A DNA stretch of 63,315 bases, the filler included, from Collodictyon triciliatum (lineage: Eukaryota): the NCBI GenBank assembly GCA_043381765.1. It is 6 parts of 6 records of this genome, joined end to end, with 100 filler letters (N's around TTAATTAATTAA, not from the genome) between each part and the next. Parts side by side here need not be neighbours in the genome. Positions count along the whole stretch, not along the records: positions 1 to 23,862 come from JBHJMP010000807.1; 5 more parts are not named here. One strand, written 5' to 3'. The position numbers and the translations under genes are program-made. Within the stretch, counting starts at the first letter, position 1. Every line of letters starts with the position of its first letter. Of the stretch, positions 1 to 13,546 are shown piece by piece. The notes beneath the pieces were generated by a model. It worked only from the letters and a program-made list of their open reading frames with translations, made no database searches and had not been told where the DNA came from.

Positions 1-101
1 TGTTTTTGTTTTTGTTTTTGTTTTTGTTTTTGTTTTTGTTTTTGTTTTTGTTTTTGTTTTTGTTTTTGTTTTTGTTTTTGTTTTTGTTTTTGTTTTTGTT
101 T
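1..101 (+). repeat. Microsatellite (TGTTTT)n, intronic
   Basis: Perfect hexamer tandem repeat upstream of the first visible flippase exon. Confidence 0.95.
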
Positions 102-174
102 CGTCCCCGTTTGCTTGATTAGCCGATGCATAGGTACATTTTCAAACAGGGAATTAAAATCGAGAAAAATACAG

Positions 175-2144
175 GTTTTTGTTGAGACTTCTTTTGATTC
201 ACGGCCGATGGTCCTATATTCGAACCTCGCGTGTGATTCTGTATAGCTTCTACAAAAATATGACCCTGCAACTGACTCAATTTTGGTTTTCCATGCTTTC
301 TGCCTTCTCTGGTCAGGTCTATTGCAGCCCACTTAATTATTGTTGCTTCCACACAATCGATTTCATTTCTAATCCAAAAAGAAAAAAACTCGCAATCCTT
401 ATGCATATCAAAAATCGGCAGCCGATTTCAATAAGCATATTCAGCTTTCTGACTTGCAAATCATAGACCATGATAGAATCGTGGTCTCTGTCGCTCTACA
501 ACGTGATGTTTACCTCACTTCCAATTATTGTTCTGGGCTCCTTTGACAGAGACATCTCTCAAAAGCGTATCATGGATAACCCTCAGCTTTACATGTTGGG
601 ACAAGAGGATTATTACGTAATTTTTATGAATCATTACACGTTTGCCTATATATGAATGATTATTTAATTTGTCGAAAGTTTTTTTCGTTTCATATTTTGT
701 TGCTTTTATTTCTGTCAACTAAAATTGATTGGAGCCATCTTTTCGTATTCATTCCTTTTTGCGCGTACTTATCGGATTACAAAATAAAAAAATGCACAAA
801 TTTTTTTATATTTGTCATAATATAACTTAACCCCATACTTTGTCGTAATATACCGCATACGCATCTTCAACTCTCACCTTTCATAGTTCAACCGGAAAAA
901 CTTTTGGTCGTGGTGTGTCAACGGAATTTTCCATTCTCTGGTAAGTTGTATGCACGCTTCTTTTTCTTTATTCCTCCCACATCACTGCCAGATTGAACCG
1001 ACTTATCAAGTTCATATACAACAATTATGGAGATGGCCACCATATGCACTTGAAACTCAATACTCATGAGAGACCTTGAATAATCAACGCATTATTACAT
1101 GGTTAATTGTTAGATTCTGTTCTTCATGGTGAATGCTGCGTACGAAACAAGTTTCCCATGCCCCACCGGCAAGTCTTCAGATATTTGGATTATGGGAACT
1201 ACCTTGTACACGTGTGTCCTTGTGACAGTCAACATGAAGATTACTCTGGAGGTTGCATCCTGGACTATATTCCACCACATTACGATTTGGGGCTCTGTAC
1301 TTCTGTGGTTCATCTTTTTAGCCGTATACAGGTTCTCCTTCACTTTTCATTCCTTTGTATATTCTCCTGATTTATCCTTTCATAATGCACCAATATGCCA
1401 ACCTTGTTCCATCTACCAATCCAACTACAGCCAAATCTACCCCACTATCCCTGCTGGTCCGGAGATGAGTGGAATGGCCGGAATTCTATTTTCACTCCCT
1501 CTCTTCTACCTGGTTATATTTGTTGTCGTCTCCATATGCCTTATCCGCGATATCATCTGGAAATAGTAAGCCAACAAATGGTTTTTTATCACCTATTGAC
1601 GCAGTCCATTAACATTGCCAGTAAAAAATAAACATTAAATGGAATGACTTCTTGACGAATACATCAATATTCTTCAGTTCCAACCGCACCTATTCTCCGC
1701 AATGGTACCACATCGTCCAGGAAATTGATAATGTTACTCCTGCCGATGGCACTGATGTTGTGATGACCCCACTGACTGGGCCACTTAAAGTCGATATCCA
1801 AAGCAAGGATAAGAAGGGACGCATCGAAAGGCAGCCAACATCACGTAAGTCACCAATGCCGGAAAATTATCGTTTAATATTTATCTGCTGTTTTTCCCTC
1901 CATTCCTTTTTTTTTTTTTTATCCTATGTCGTTTACAGGATTGACAATTTCATTTTCCCCAAATTGTCTGGTCATGGCACAAAAAATCATTCCATCGCAG
2001 CTTGCTTGCTATGTGGTTGATAATAATTCCTTTTTGTCCTGTTCCTTTTATATACAAACCTCAGATTTCGGCTTTGCTTTCAACGAGGACGAAGGAGCAA
2101 GCCTCACTGCGCCGCGCTCTGGTACCCAGCCGCCCTCTCGTTAA
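175..2144 (+). CDS. P4-type ATPase (phospholipid flippase, DRS2/ATP8A-like), 3' part; 7 exons visible
   Basis: Spliced exons ~175-316, 467-616, 887-940, 1114-1331, 1431-1565, 1678-1843, 2065-2144 give [36 protein letters not shown]-like, [20 protein letters not shown] and HFGFAF motifs typical of the P4-ATPase C-terminal region. GT-AG junctions keep frame. The 5' part lies outside the window. Confidence 0.93.
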
Positions 2145-2444
2145 GCACGCTTTGTTGCGCGGTGCAAACAGTTGCGGCTCTTAAATGTCCGCCCCCTTAC
2201 TCAAAAAAAAGAAAAAAGAAGAAAGAAAGAACTTTGCTTTCATACCCTCATCTCTGACAGCTCGCCATCAAAACTTTCTCCCTCTCTGACATATTCCGGG
2301 GATTTGCATGAAAACCATCAACAACAGCAAAGATAAATGAAAGACACACTTTACGCCACCACATCATATCTCATCACGTGACAGGATGGGACATGACATG
2401 AGTTGGTGTGATTCGCTGTGTTTTTTATGTAGCACGGGATTGTG

Positions 2445-3002
2445 TCAGTATTGGAACAGGACGCTGGCTTCGCCCCGGACAATCTCGACGCCTTCTTGAT
2501 TCGTGCACCATGTATCAAAGATATAGACAACCTTTCCTTGCTTCTTGACCAGAACCTGCTTCACTTCCACTTGTGCCCTCACGTGGTCGCCGATGCGCAT
2601 CGGGTGGGAAAACTCGAGGGAGTTGCGCAGGAAAACGGAGCCTGGGCCAGGGAGTCTAGCCATGAAACGATATTGAGCAACCCTGCTGTGCAATGGTTCA
2701 TGCGATGGCTATTTTGGTGGATACTTTGTTCCAAGGACTGCGCCGAGAAGCCCGCCTGCAATCATTCCGTGCGCTATTCGGCCTTTGAAGCGGGTTGTTT
2801 GTGCGTAGGCGTCGTCCAGGTGGAGAGGATTGTCGTCCAGGCTCAAGGCGGCAAAGTCTGTCACGTCCTTTTCCGTCAGCACTTTGGTCAGCTCGGCCTT
2901 TTGGCCCACCTTCAGCAGAGATGGAGCAGAGGGCGCACTTGTAAACGCTCGCATGAGCGAAGGCAGCAAGAGGCGGGGAAGACTCACCGTGGCTTTCTCC
3001 AT
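2445..3002 (-). CDS. MaoC-like hotdog dehydratase (PhaJ / mitochondrial HTD2-like), 2 exons
   Basis: Exons 3002-2725 and 2655-2445 are joined by a 69-nt GT-AG intron (GTK|LPGPGSVF). Hydratase-2 motif FAALSLDDNPLHLD and RIAHG. The Arg/Ser/Leu-rich N-terminus resembles a mitochondrial presequence. Confidence 0.9.
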
Positions 3003-3452
3003 CGTTCCTTTTTTTTTTTTTTTGTGGGTGATCTTGTTGCTTTTTTATTATATTTTCGCTATTATTATTTTCTCTTATTTTTATTACTCTGCTGCATGTG
3101 TATATGTCGCGTGGAAAAGGTTGAACAGGTACCAGGCACTAGAATAATAAGAAAACTCTGTGAGTGTGGCTCATACCATCGACTCCGGACTCAAAGAACT
3201 AGCGCATGACAGACCCACCAAGAGGTGACATTCTGCTATTCTTTTTCTACCCTCGCGTGCCGATGAGACCTTGGCACACATCAAATCAAGAAGAGGGGGA
3301 AAAGAGCTTGAATCAATTCACATATCTTTAAACAAAAGGATAATGTAGGTCTCATTTTATCGTTATATCCAGCCAAGTAAGAACCCATGATGTGTGGTCG
3401 AAAAGAACGCACAGTGCGTAGATGCTCCAGTCCCAAGCGAGCCAGTTCTGAT

Positions 3453-6400
3453 TTACAGAGGGAGACTCTCTGATGTATCTTGTAATGTGTTCCTATCTGA
3501 ATCAGTCGAAGTCTGATTGAGCAGGGTGGGGATAATCACAGTTACAGATGACTGTGGCGGACTTTGTGTGTTCAGCTCGACCGAAATGCCTTCGTCGAAG
3601 CTCGGTAAGGCTGCGTGGGCGATAAGTGGGTCATCGTGCCCTGTTGCTTGGACTTGCAACTGAGGTGTCTGCTGAACTGGCTCCTGGACATGAGGTTGCT
3701 CATGAGTCTGTAAAACATCTTTGGGAGAATCTTGCTTTGGTGAAATACCACCCACAGACGTTACTTCTTTTTGCTCAGGAATGTCACTCAATCTCGATTT
3801 GTTCTCTTCGGTTGATTTAATGCTGGGCTCTGGAATAAAATTCCTATCGGTCGATGGAATGGACGGTTCTTCTGCTTCGCCATCAAACTCAAAATCCTGG
3901 TCAGAACCTGTTCGAACCAACGGCGACTTCGACTCTGGATAGTGGAGTAAATTACAATAGCAATTTTTTCAGAAGAAAAAAAAAGGTGAAAACCTCTTTG
4001 ATGTTTGAGGGAGGTAGAGATATACATTAAAGTAAATGTCTTACGAATGCGTTTCGGCTTCATCCGAGAACCCTTAACGCACATATTCAAGGGATTAATA
4101 TCAAGCTTCGGTTCTTCCTCCTTCTTTGTTTTGTGTGAAACGCGCCTAGATTATGATAGGGTGATTAAACATTATCAAAAGACTTTATTTTGGCAGAATA
4201 CAGGATAAAGCAAGTTAGATATATATATATAAAGAGTAGCACTGAGAAGCTCATGTATGTGAGCAAAATGAAAAACTACCTTATATACGTCATAATTCGT
4301 TCATAAACTTTTTCTCGCAAATGATCCAATGATAAGACCTAGGCACATGTCAGCAAAAAGCTAAATAGATTATTTGCATCAAAGCTGAAGACCACTCATT
4401 AATACTGACATAGGAAACGTAAATGTGGTTGGCTAAAATAGATCTGACAGAATAACAGCTAGGTGTATAGTTAACTATAAGAGGGAGAGATGATAAGAGC
4501 CAAACCGATGGAAGCTCCACGACTTGGTCACCAGTTTTAACATGTAGATATATGGGCGTCTCTGGGTCATCTACAGGAGGGTTTGCAGGAGATTTACCAG
4601 GCACGATTCGAAGGTTGCTGAGTCTCCCCAAAGCCACGCTAATATCCTCTATTGAACTGCAGTATAGACCATTTGGTCAATGAGATTTTAACTCGTTGGG
4701 ATAGAGTGCAATTGCTTACTGTCGAGGCCAATGTGTCCAGGGATATTTGTCAACATCGGAGTATGATTTGACAGTGAGGGCATTCCCCAGTGATGCAATA
4801 CCAGCAGTGAAAATCCAAGGCTTTTTCATATTCGCCATCGCAATTAGTCGCGGGAATGGAAAAAAAAAATAGTCGTCATTCTGAGTTTTTGTTATGAGGG
4901 AGAAAAATCAAGAAAAAGACTTTTGTTGGTTGCTAATTACCATAGCCACATCATCCTCCAATATTTGATCCAAATCAGCGACATATTTCGGAGGGTTTGG
5001 CTTCCTGGGTTTGAACTCTGTATGCTTCTTGATCTGGTGTAAAGGAAGGGCACATAATAATATTAGTTGATAAAAACTAATTAAGAATCAAATAGTTAAT
5101 GTAGGATGCATCTTCAATATTTCTCTAGGAATCGAAAGGAGAATCACAAGGTATTCATTCGATGCTGATTTCCTCACTTTTCTTATTTCTTTATCTAATT
5201 TCCTATTCAAGCGCACCATAGGATTGTCGGTCGTCTCCTTTGATTACACTCAGTCAATAAGTTATTCAAAAGGGACTTGAATGAATATAAAAAAAGGGTA
5301 TTTATGTGTCAAAAGTACAATTTTAACATGAAATTATTGCATGATAATGATTTCTTCTAACCTCTTCTTCATCGCTGCGAAACAATTATTACATCAAGAG
5401 ATTAAGAAAAAGAACAGAAAAAAAGTTGGAAGTATAGATATTTTGTATGAGATATTGTTAATATTTATTCCTCGACTATGAATGGACAGAATGCTCTGTG
5501 TAGAACAAGCCATCAGGAAATAAAATACGAACGATGTGTCCAGGCCAGCCAGAAATGACTTTGTGGATGGCATGATTTCTTTTGTAGCTCTGAGAGATTG
5601 GGTATATAAGTAGATAAGATAAGTGACATTAAATCTGTGTCAAAAAAAAAAAAAAGCTTTCGAAGTGTCGACTCACTCATATTTTCCAACTGGGTTTGCA
5701 TTTTCCTTTTCTCTGATTGCTTCTTCAAGCTCTACAAATTGGTATCGTTACTTGACTATTTCAGCACATTGCAGAGTATGTATACTTGATTGGAATTGTG
5801 GTTGTTTGGGGCACTCGGAATTAATTAGCGGGAAACCTCTTAATCTGTCTTCTTCGGCTACTTTAGCAATAAAGTCGGTCTTAATCTATGAAAAGAAGTA
5901 AAGTGTTGCTTATTGTCTGACTTTATTACGGTTAGGAGCTAATATCTATGGAATTAAGTTAAAAGTCAATGCTACCTCATCTATGATATTGTCAAATGAA
6001 TCATCTAGCAAGCTGTCCTTCTATTAACATTAACATTGGTGATAGTAATAGTGATAGTAATAGTGATAGTGATAGTAATAGTAATAGTAATAGTAATAGT
6101 AATAGTAATAGTAATAGTAATAGTAATAGTAATAGTAATAGTAATAGTAATAGTAATAGTAATAGTAATAGTAATAGTAATAGTAATAGCAATAGCAATA
6201 GCAATAATAACAACAATAACAAGAGGAAGATCAAGATGAATAGGAAGAAACAATTAGAAGAATAATCAAAATAAAGATGAAACTATAAAATGCTACGTGA
6301 TTACATATATGATCACTATTTATCTATATATTTCTTATTAACCCAAAAGAAAGAAGCTATCGAGCACATTTTCTTCGGGGAATATGAGTCTTACGTGAAT

Positions 6401-6990
6401 CAAAACTGGTGGAACGAAGTCAGGGTTTGAACTTTTGATCACGACACTACTCAAATTCCCGGCTCGTTTTGTCACAATATTAGTTCCTGGTCTTTCAGGA
6501 CTTGCATGTCGAGATGGTTCCTTTGTAGACGAAACTGTTTGCTACATTTTATTTCTTCATTAAATTATTTTTTGGGGAAAAAATGTCCGTGCCTTTGAAG
6601 TACAAAGGTAAGCATTTCCTTAAATTCTATGTTTTTAAATAATCTTTACAATTATTTTTTGTTTTTGTTTTTGTTTTGTTTTTTGGAAAAGGGAAGCATT
6701 ATCATAAAGAAAAATCAGTGGGAAATTGCCAATACAATAGCTGATGGAAAGAAGTTAATTTAGATGAAACCACCTTGAACTCTGCCGTTCCTGGAATGAC
6801 CTCCCATACCTCTCCGGTTTCCTTAAACTTGTATGGACTCAATCTAGGAATTTTTCCGTGGTGAATTGGCTGATAAATCAGAATATTTGGAAACATTCTA
6901 AGAGTATGGGATAGTGTTTTCTTAGGCTTGATATGCATCCCATAAAAAAAATAAAAATAAAAAAATAGGATGCACATTTCTCCTCAACTT

Positions 6991-7082
<92 letters not shown>

Positions 7083-8320
7083 CGGCTGTTCATCAAACAG
7101 GAAAGGACATTAGATGATGCATATACCCAGAGACGTAGTCCATGAATTGCATTTCTAAGTTGATGGCTCGTTCGTTCCAAGGCTTGTAGTATTCCATCAG
7201 GTTCAAAAGGTTTTGTGAGGGAAGTCTTGAGGAGATTTTGCTTCGCTTGTAACTTGCTCGAATCTCTCTTGGCAGCTTTAGGTTTGACTCAATGTGTCTT
7301 CTGAGCATACGACATATTCCAAGTAGCTGAATCATAGCTGTATGTGCTTGAACCGACGAGGGGACATTTCTGTACATCATAATTATATTCGCAAGCCAAG
7401 TGAGTTTAGCATCAACCCATGTTGCGTCTACGGCTTGATAGGCAGGGTCTAGGTAAGGGGGGTTTTGTTTTCAAAAAAAAAGTGACTATTAAACTTCAAT
7501 CATTGAAATTCTTTGACACTGAACTATTATCAAAATGGTTGGGTGACTCTTGATATTGAAATATAGGTACATATCGAGATTATGTTTTACTTAATATAGG
7601 AACATCAGGAGGCACTTCTTTTTCTTCTTCCGTATCTGTCCGGTATTAGGGAGTTAGCTATTTGCATAAGATAAAAACGAGTATTATTTAATCGCACTTG
7701 TGGCTCCTGCACTTTGACCCACGACTGGAAAATCAGTGTATGAAGAGTCTAACGGTTGAAAAGAAGGAAAGATGAGATAAAGTACAGCTTTTGTTTTATA
7801 AGGCATGCGAGATTCATTAAGAATGACATACATTATTTCAAATTTACAATGACAGCAATTAGTTTCTCTTCATTTCGCCCCTACCCTCTCAAGGAAATAA
7901 AATAAATATAACAAGGGCACAGTTAATACCATAATCGAGCTCGCTTTGTATTCCAACACTTATTCCGGGTATATGTACTTGGCATCCTTTTGACCTATCG
8001 AGCATTTCCATAACCTGACTGGATTGTCGTTGAATAGTCGGCATGCTCGGCGTTTCTATCGTAATTATTTAAAGGTATTAGTCTGCTTCACACAAAATAT
8101 AAAATGAATAAAGAAAAATTAGGGGGGGGGGGGGGGGAGAACAGAAAAAAGAAAATAGAAAAAAAATAGGANNNNNNNNNNNNNNNNNNNNNNNNNNNNN
8201 NNNNNNNNNNNNNNNNNNNNNNNNNNNNNNNNNNNNNNNNNNNNNNNNNNNNNNNNNNNNNNNNNNNNNNNAATTGTTTGTTGTTTTATATAAAATATTT
8301 AAAAAAAAAAAATGGGTTGG

Positions 8321-8351
<31 letters not shown>

Positions 8352-8510
8352 GGTTGGGGGGGGGGGGGAAGAACTGAGAGAACTAGGCATACAAAGTTGG
8401 AAAAGGTCGATACCTCCGTCTATATTTTCTTGGTCGACTGATTCTGAAGCTGTTGATTCTGAAATTATAGTCACAGGTTCGTCGACGCTCGGCAAGTTTG
8501 GCTGCGTATG

Positions 8511-8557
<47 letters not shown>

Positions 8558-11500
8558 TGCATATCAACAAGGGCTTTTAAATTCTATGTAGGAACATATG
8601 GAAAAGAGATATTCTAGCGGGAAACAAAGGACAGGAGAGAAAGAAATGGAACAAGTCATTGAATTAACTATTAATAGTATTTCTCCTCATACATCGGATT
8701 CGTTCGACAGGGCGATTTCAGTCTGCTCCGTAGCTTCGTTTTGTTTATTCTCAACAGATATGTAGCGGATTTGTTCTTTCCGTGGTATATTTGCGGATAA
8801 AAGTGACTCCATAATACTATTTCGTTCATTTTCTAACTGCAAACATATTCCACCGAATAAGGTGGTAAATTATTAACTAACATAATTGCAGAATGACATA
8901 GGGAGCTTTATCTCACATTCAACCACTACTGAGCGTATATTATGCAAATATTGGGATATCAGAATATTGGAATATTACAACTTTCTTTTCCTCAGTAACC
9001 CGGTCAATCTCAGATATAAATGATTTAATTTGTGCCTGCATTAAGGTAATTATTAAATATTTTAGGGAATTGTGCCATGGTGAATACAACTGTTCAGAAA
9101 ATAGAGAGAAAAAAGTCCAAAATTACTTGTAAACTGTCGTTTTCTTCTTGAAGGCCGAAGTTAATTTTCTTCAATTCACGAACCCTTCATAGAAGCATGT
9201 ATATTTTTTATCATGGACACTTGTGAATTCTTTGCTAGTATACATGAATCTACATAAAAAAAAAAAAAAATGAAGCAAACTGTAATTCGCGGGTATCAGA
9301 ATTCAGCAAATCTTCCAAAATTAATATTCGCTCCTGGAGATTCTGGTTTTGCGTTGACAGTTTTTGGGCATTGACTCTATCAGTTTTGTAGAAAAGGTAT
9401 AGAAATCGTTACAAAGTATTATTTACACGTGAATAAAAATTTATAGGAAGAGGAGAGGATTTTATAGCATAGACAGAGATGTGGTTACTCTTTTTTTTTT
9501 TTTCTTCATTTTATTCCTTTCTTGAAACATTAGCATGATCAACTCACTGAAGCTCTTCCATTTTCTCACTTTGGGTTCCGTTTGTGATAGAAAGCTCATC
9601 TATCTAAGGTTATTTTCATAACGCCTTCTTTTAAAAAGAAAACTACAATGTCATAACTGGGAATATTATAGTCATGGAATGTGGCGGTGCTTTTCTTGTG
9701 TGATATGTTCAATCCATGACATTTGTCTGAGGAAGTGGGCATTAATTTTAACCTTCTTTTGTAGCTCTGTAATCTCACGCTCAAGGTCTAAGATACGAAT
9801 AGAGGTAACACGGGGGGCCTTGGCGATAAAAATAATAATAATAAAAATGAGCGACCAATCATAAGTTAAGAATATTAGCTACAAACAAAACGTATCACAC
9901 GTATATAAAAATCAAGCACCTTAGTGGTTCCGCCTGAGTGAGAGACTATGAGTGTACAATAAATGAACGTAGGTCAGTGAAAAAGAAGAAACTATTGATT
10001 CCAAAAAGAATGATGTGGTCATGAAAAAAAATGTGGGCAGATATTTAACTAAATGCTACCTAATCCAGTTTTCTCTGATATCCTTTCAGTCTGGCAATAC
10101 CTGAGCAATGTTGCTTGTTTATCAACACATAAGTAATCATCCATTTAATAATAGGTTGAATATCAAGTGTCCATTTATACGCACTTGTCATAGGTTTTGC
10201 GAGATTTCATGCTCAGATACGTGCTATCCATCATCTGTATATATGGGTCATCCTCCTCATCTATTGTATCACGGGCCAAGTAATAAAAATGTATGCAAAT
10301 TGAGGTATATGCAGCCAATCCGCGTGAAGAGAGCTCGTAAGAACGCATCGTTTACAGAGCATTGATATTGAACAAATAAGTTTTCAATGCATTAGTTAAG
10401 AAGTAAACTTGTTCTAAGTTTCTCCGCCTCGGCCTCTGCATTCTTCAACTCTACCTTCCTCTGGAACATGCCGAGCAAATCTATTATAATTACGTATATT
10501 AGCGGTCAACCGGTCCTTCAAAATACACAACTTGTGCAGGTAAGCAGAATTCGAACAAAGCTAAAATAACAATTAGATAAACCGTTTTTGAATAAATAGA
10601 TAGACAAAAAGAGGGATAAATGATTATAATATGAATTATTATTATGTATGTGACCCACCAGATGCTATGACCCTTAGTTTTGAAAAAGTAGATATTTCCC
10701 TTAATTTCTCCATATTTTCTGGCTCCATGGGGATCAACTCATCTGCTTGTTTTCGTGCAGCCTGGTGTTCATCACGTTAAGGTAAGTGCAATGTAGAGAT
10801 AACTAAATATAAATGCATTCATCAAAAGTAAGAAAAGAAATTAGTCTTTCCAATAAACCTCGGAAAGGCTGTTCAAATCTGTCTCATTCATCAGAGCTTC
10901 CCGTAATACTTCACTTTTACTATTTTCCTGTATCACGATAAAATGTGTGATATGTGGTATGTAAACAGGAAAAAAAAATAGGGGATATTCCACGTATGAC
11001 ATGATAGTTTGAATACCAAAGTCAACTAACCCCAATCATCGACTCTAATAAGGCCTCCAGAAGCTTATTCTTATCTGTTTGTTACATGCATTTCAGTTTA
11101 AAAATGTGGGTCTTTTTCTATTCAAGAGAGATAGCTGCATTGAAAATTACTAAAAATTTTCAATATGCTACTCCTTCTAATTTAGAACAAACCTCTGGTA
11201 AGTTCGTCATCTACTTGTACTTCCGTAGATGTGTACCCAGGGTGTGCGTTAATAAGCTATGCAGGAATCGTTAAGGATTTGACGAATAGAAAGTGTGAGA
11301 ATGTGACACATCAATATATCTTTTTAAAATATTTTGATAATCTTAATATAAATTATACATCAATCAACTGGGTGTATTGGTCCTCGCTTTTTTGGGTGGT
11401 AATTCCAATATGTTTTAGTAATGTTTTTTTTTATTCTTTACATAAATGAATGCAAAAAGTTGGGAAATAAGATAATTTGATTTCAGTTTCAATACCAGCG

Positions 11501-13546
11501 AAGAAAGGTATCACGAAAGCTATTGAATTCAGGTTCCAATCTATATTTTTTTTCATTATTCATTTGAGAATTACGCTATTAGATGAGTTTCAAGTAACAA
11601 AAGAATTTATAGCGATGAGGTTTTTTTCGTGTCGTGTTTTTGAGGAGGTACCGATCTCCACTATATCTAAAGGCTCCCGGGTCTTCCTCATACAAGCGAC
11701 CAAGGTTGATGCTAATGTAAAATGCTTTGAGGCTGTTGCTCGTGTGTATATGGAAGGTATGATGTGCTTACTTGGATGATTTCTTCCTTTCTTTAGTAGA
11801 GTACATTAGCAACTTGCTAAAAAGGCGCATGTAACGCCTCCAGATGAACATCAAGAAGCAACAGCGGTCACCATCCACAACAGACAACTGTTTCAAAGGT
11901 AATATAGAACCCATTAGTAGTCGTCCATACTTTAACTGAATGGCTATCATTAACTCGTCGAATTGAGATTTTTTTTTGTGGCACGCTAGGACATGTAAAA
12001 TAGCATAGATAAAGTACTTGTCGAATAATTTCCAAGAATACAAGAGAGCATATCGTCTTTGCCTCTTGGATTGATTCTTTATGGAACATAATATATTAAT
12101 CTTGGAGGTCGTATCATATACAAGGAAGAAAGAATAGCCGCTAAATTATAAGTATTATGTTGTAGGAAGAAAATTAAGATTAGAATCGCACCAACACAAT
12201 TGGTATATAGAAAGAGACAATAAAAAAAATTTTGAGAGTCAAATGAAGAAAACCTAAAGTGGCAGTGTTATGGTCTCCTGATTTGTGCATCATTTTGGCA
12301 TACCATTTGAGCATGTTTTCGAACTCACTCGCGGAATTTGAGGATCTTCTCTGGGGGTATGTTGTAATGGTGTACAAATTACGAGACTCTGAGAAGAAAA
12401 AAGAAGAAAAGGGAAAAAAAGAGAGATGGAATGGAGGGATATTTTACAAGGATGAGTCAATAAGATGTCATAACATGGATGCGATACTACAAAAGAGGTT
12501 TTTGTTGTAAATTTGTTTTAAGAAAAAGTAAAATGAAATGATTGAAGCTAGAGTTTGGGGAGAAATAATTGGCTGCTTTTTCTCACCATCGAAAGTGTAA
12601 TCTAAATCATCAGTGTCTGGGGGGTTGAGATCCTTCTTGGTAGTATGGTATCTAAGTAAAGCAATACCATTATATCAAGTCGCTCTTGACATAAGACATA
12701 TTTAAGTTTGTATCTGATTATAAAATTAGAGCATGGCATGTGAAAGGGGTTACAACCGATAAATAAATCAATAGTATATCAACCTTTTCGGAATGAGAGT
12801 GGGCAATGCAAAAGTTCCGTCTGGGAGCTATAGAAAATAATTATTAATATTATTATTATTTTTACTTTTAAATATTCCCAAAGAATCAATAATACAAATA
12901 ACGATGTTCAAATGCGTCATAGAATTTTGCAAAAGGAGTCGATAGATAATCTTTTTCGATTTATGTCCGGAATATAAATACTGTGTGAAGGTTTCGTGTG
13001 GCCTCATGTAATGGGACCAGCTTCCTAGGCTTTGGACCTGAATCAAGCAAAAAAAAAAAAAACCAACATTAACGATTCAAAGTATGGAAAGAAGTACGAG
13101 CGAGAGTGACATTTATAGTTAGCACAGCTTCAGTCGTTATCTCATGAGATATTTCAATGATGTTATCAATGTCTCTCAACACCTCGGGCCGAACTGAATA
13201 GTAATTTATTTAGTAATAATTTTATTATTATTTGACATACTTGTATTTTGAGATCCTCTCAGCGTCGGATTCACACGAAAGACGGGCGGAACAAGGCCTC
13301 GCTCACGATCCGTCATCGAGTCGACTGTGATGATGTATCATACATGATCCAAAAGAGTTCAGAAATACAGCAAAGAAGGTCTGGTTAGGAACGCAAAAAA
13401 AAAAAATAAAAAAATATGAAAAATGAAAAACAAAAAAACGAAACTAGAGAAAGTTGACCCAGAAATCGAAGGATACCCGAAACATGCTCTAGACAATAGA
13501 CAAGATAACGAGAGTGAATTCGATACTACTCACCGGGAGAGTGCAT
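3453..13546 (-). CDS. Large multi-exon coiled-coil protein with an N-terminal axonemal dynein light chain domain (AXDND1-like); could be more than one gene
   Basis: Hand-spliced 5' exons give MHSPVDSMTDRERG...YPQRRSSNSASEFENMLKWYAKMM...ESIQEAKTICSLVFLEIIRQ|LSVVDGDRCCFLMFIWRRYMRLFS, matching the FxELIRQVSVxCxxRGxLLxxV(R/W)xxY core of Ax_dynein_light domains. Coiled-coil exons follow (VRELKKINFGLQEENDSLQ|AQIKSFISEIDRVTEEKK|LENERN), and a low-complexity last exon ends at 3453. A 100-N gap (8172-8271) lies inside, and not every middle junction was traced. Confidence 0.6.
6039..6207 (+). repeat. Microsatellite (AGTAAT)n with variants, intronic
   Basis: Hexamer repeat that produces the spurious poly-NS/VI/L ORFs. 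Confidence 0.95.

Noticed and set aside
5996-6265. Low-complexity ORFs (poly-NS, poly-L, poly-VI; likewise KIDY, QTNK, poly-F/K ORFs elsewhere)
   Set aside because: They are translations of intronic microsatellites or poly-A/T tracts, not genes.
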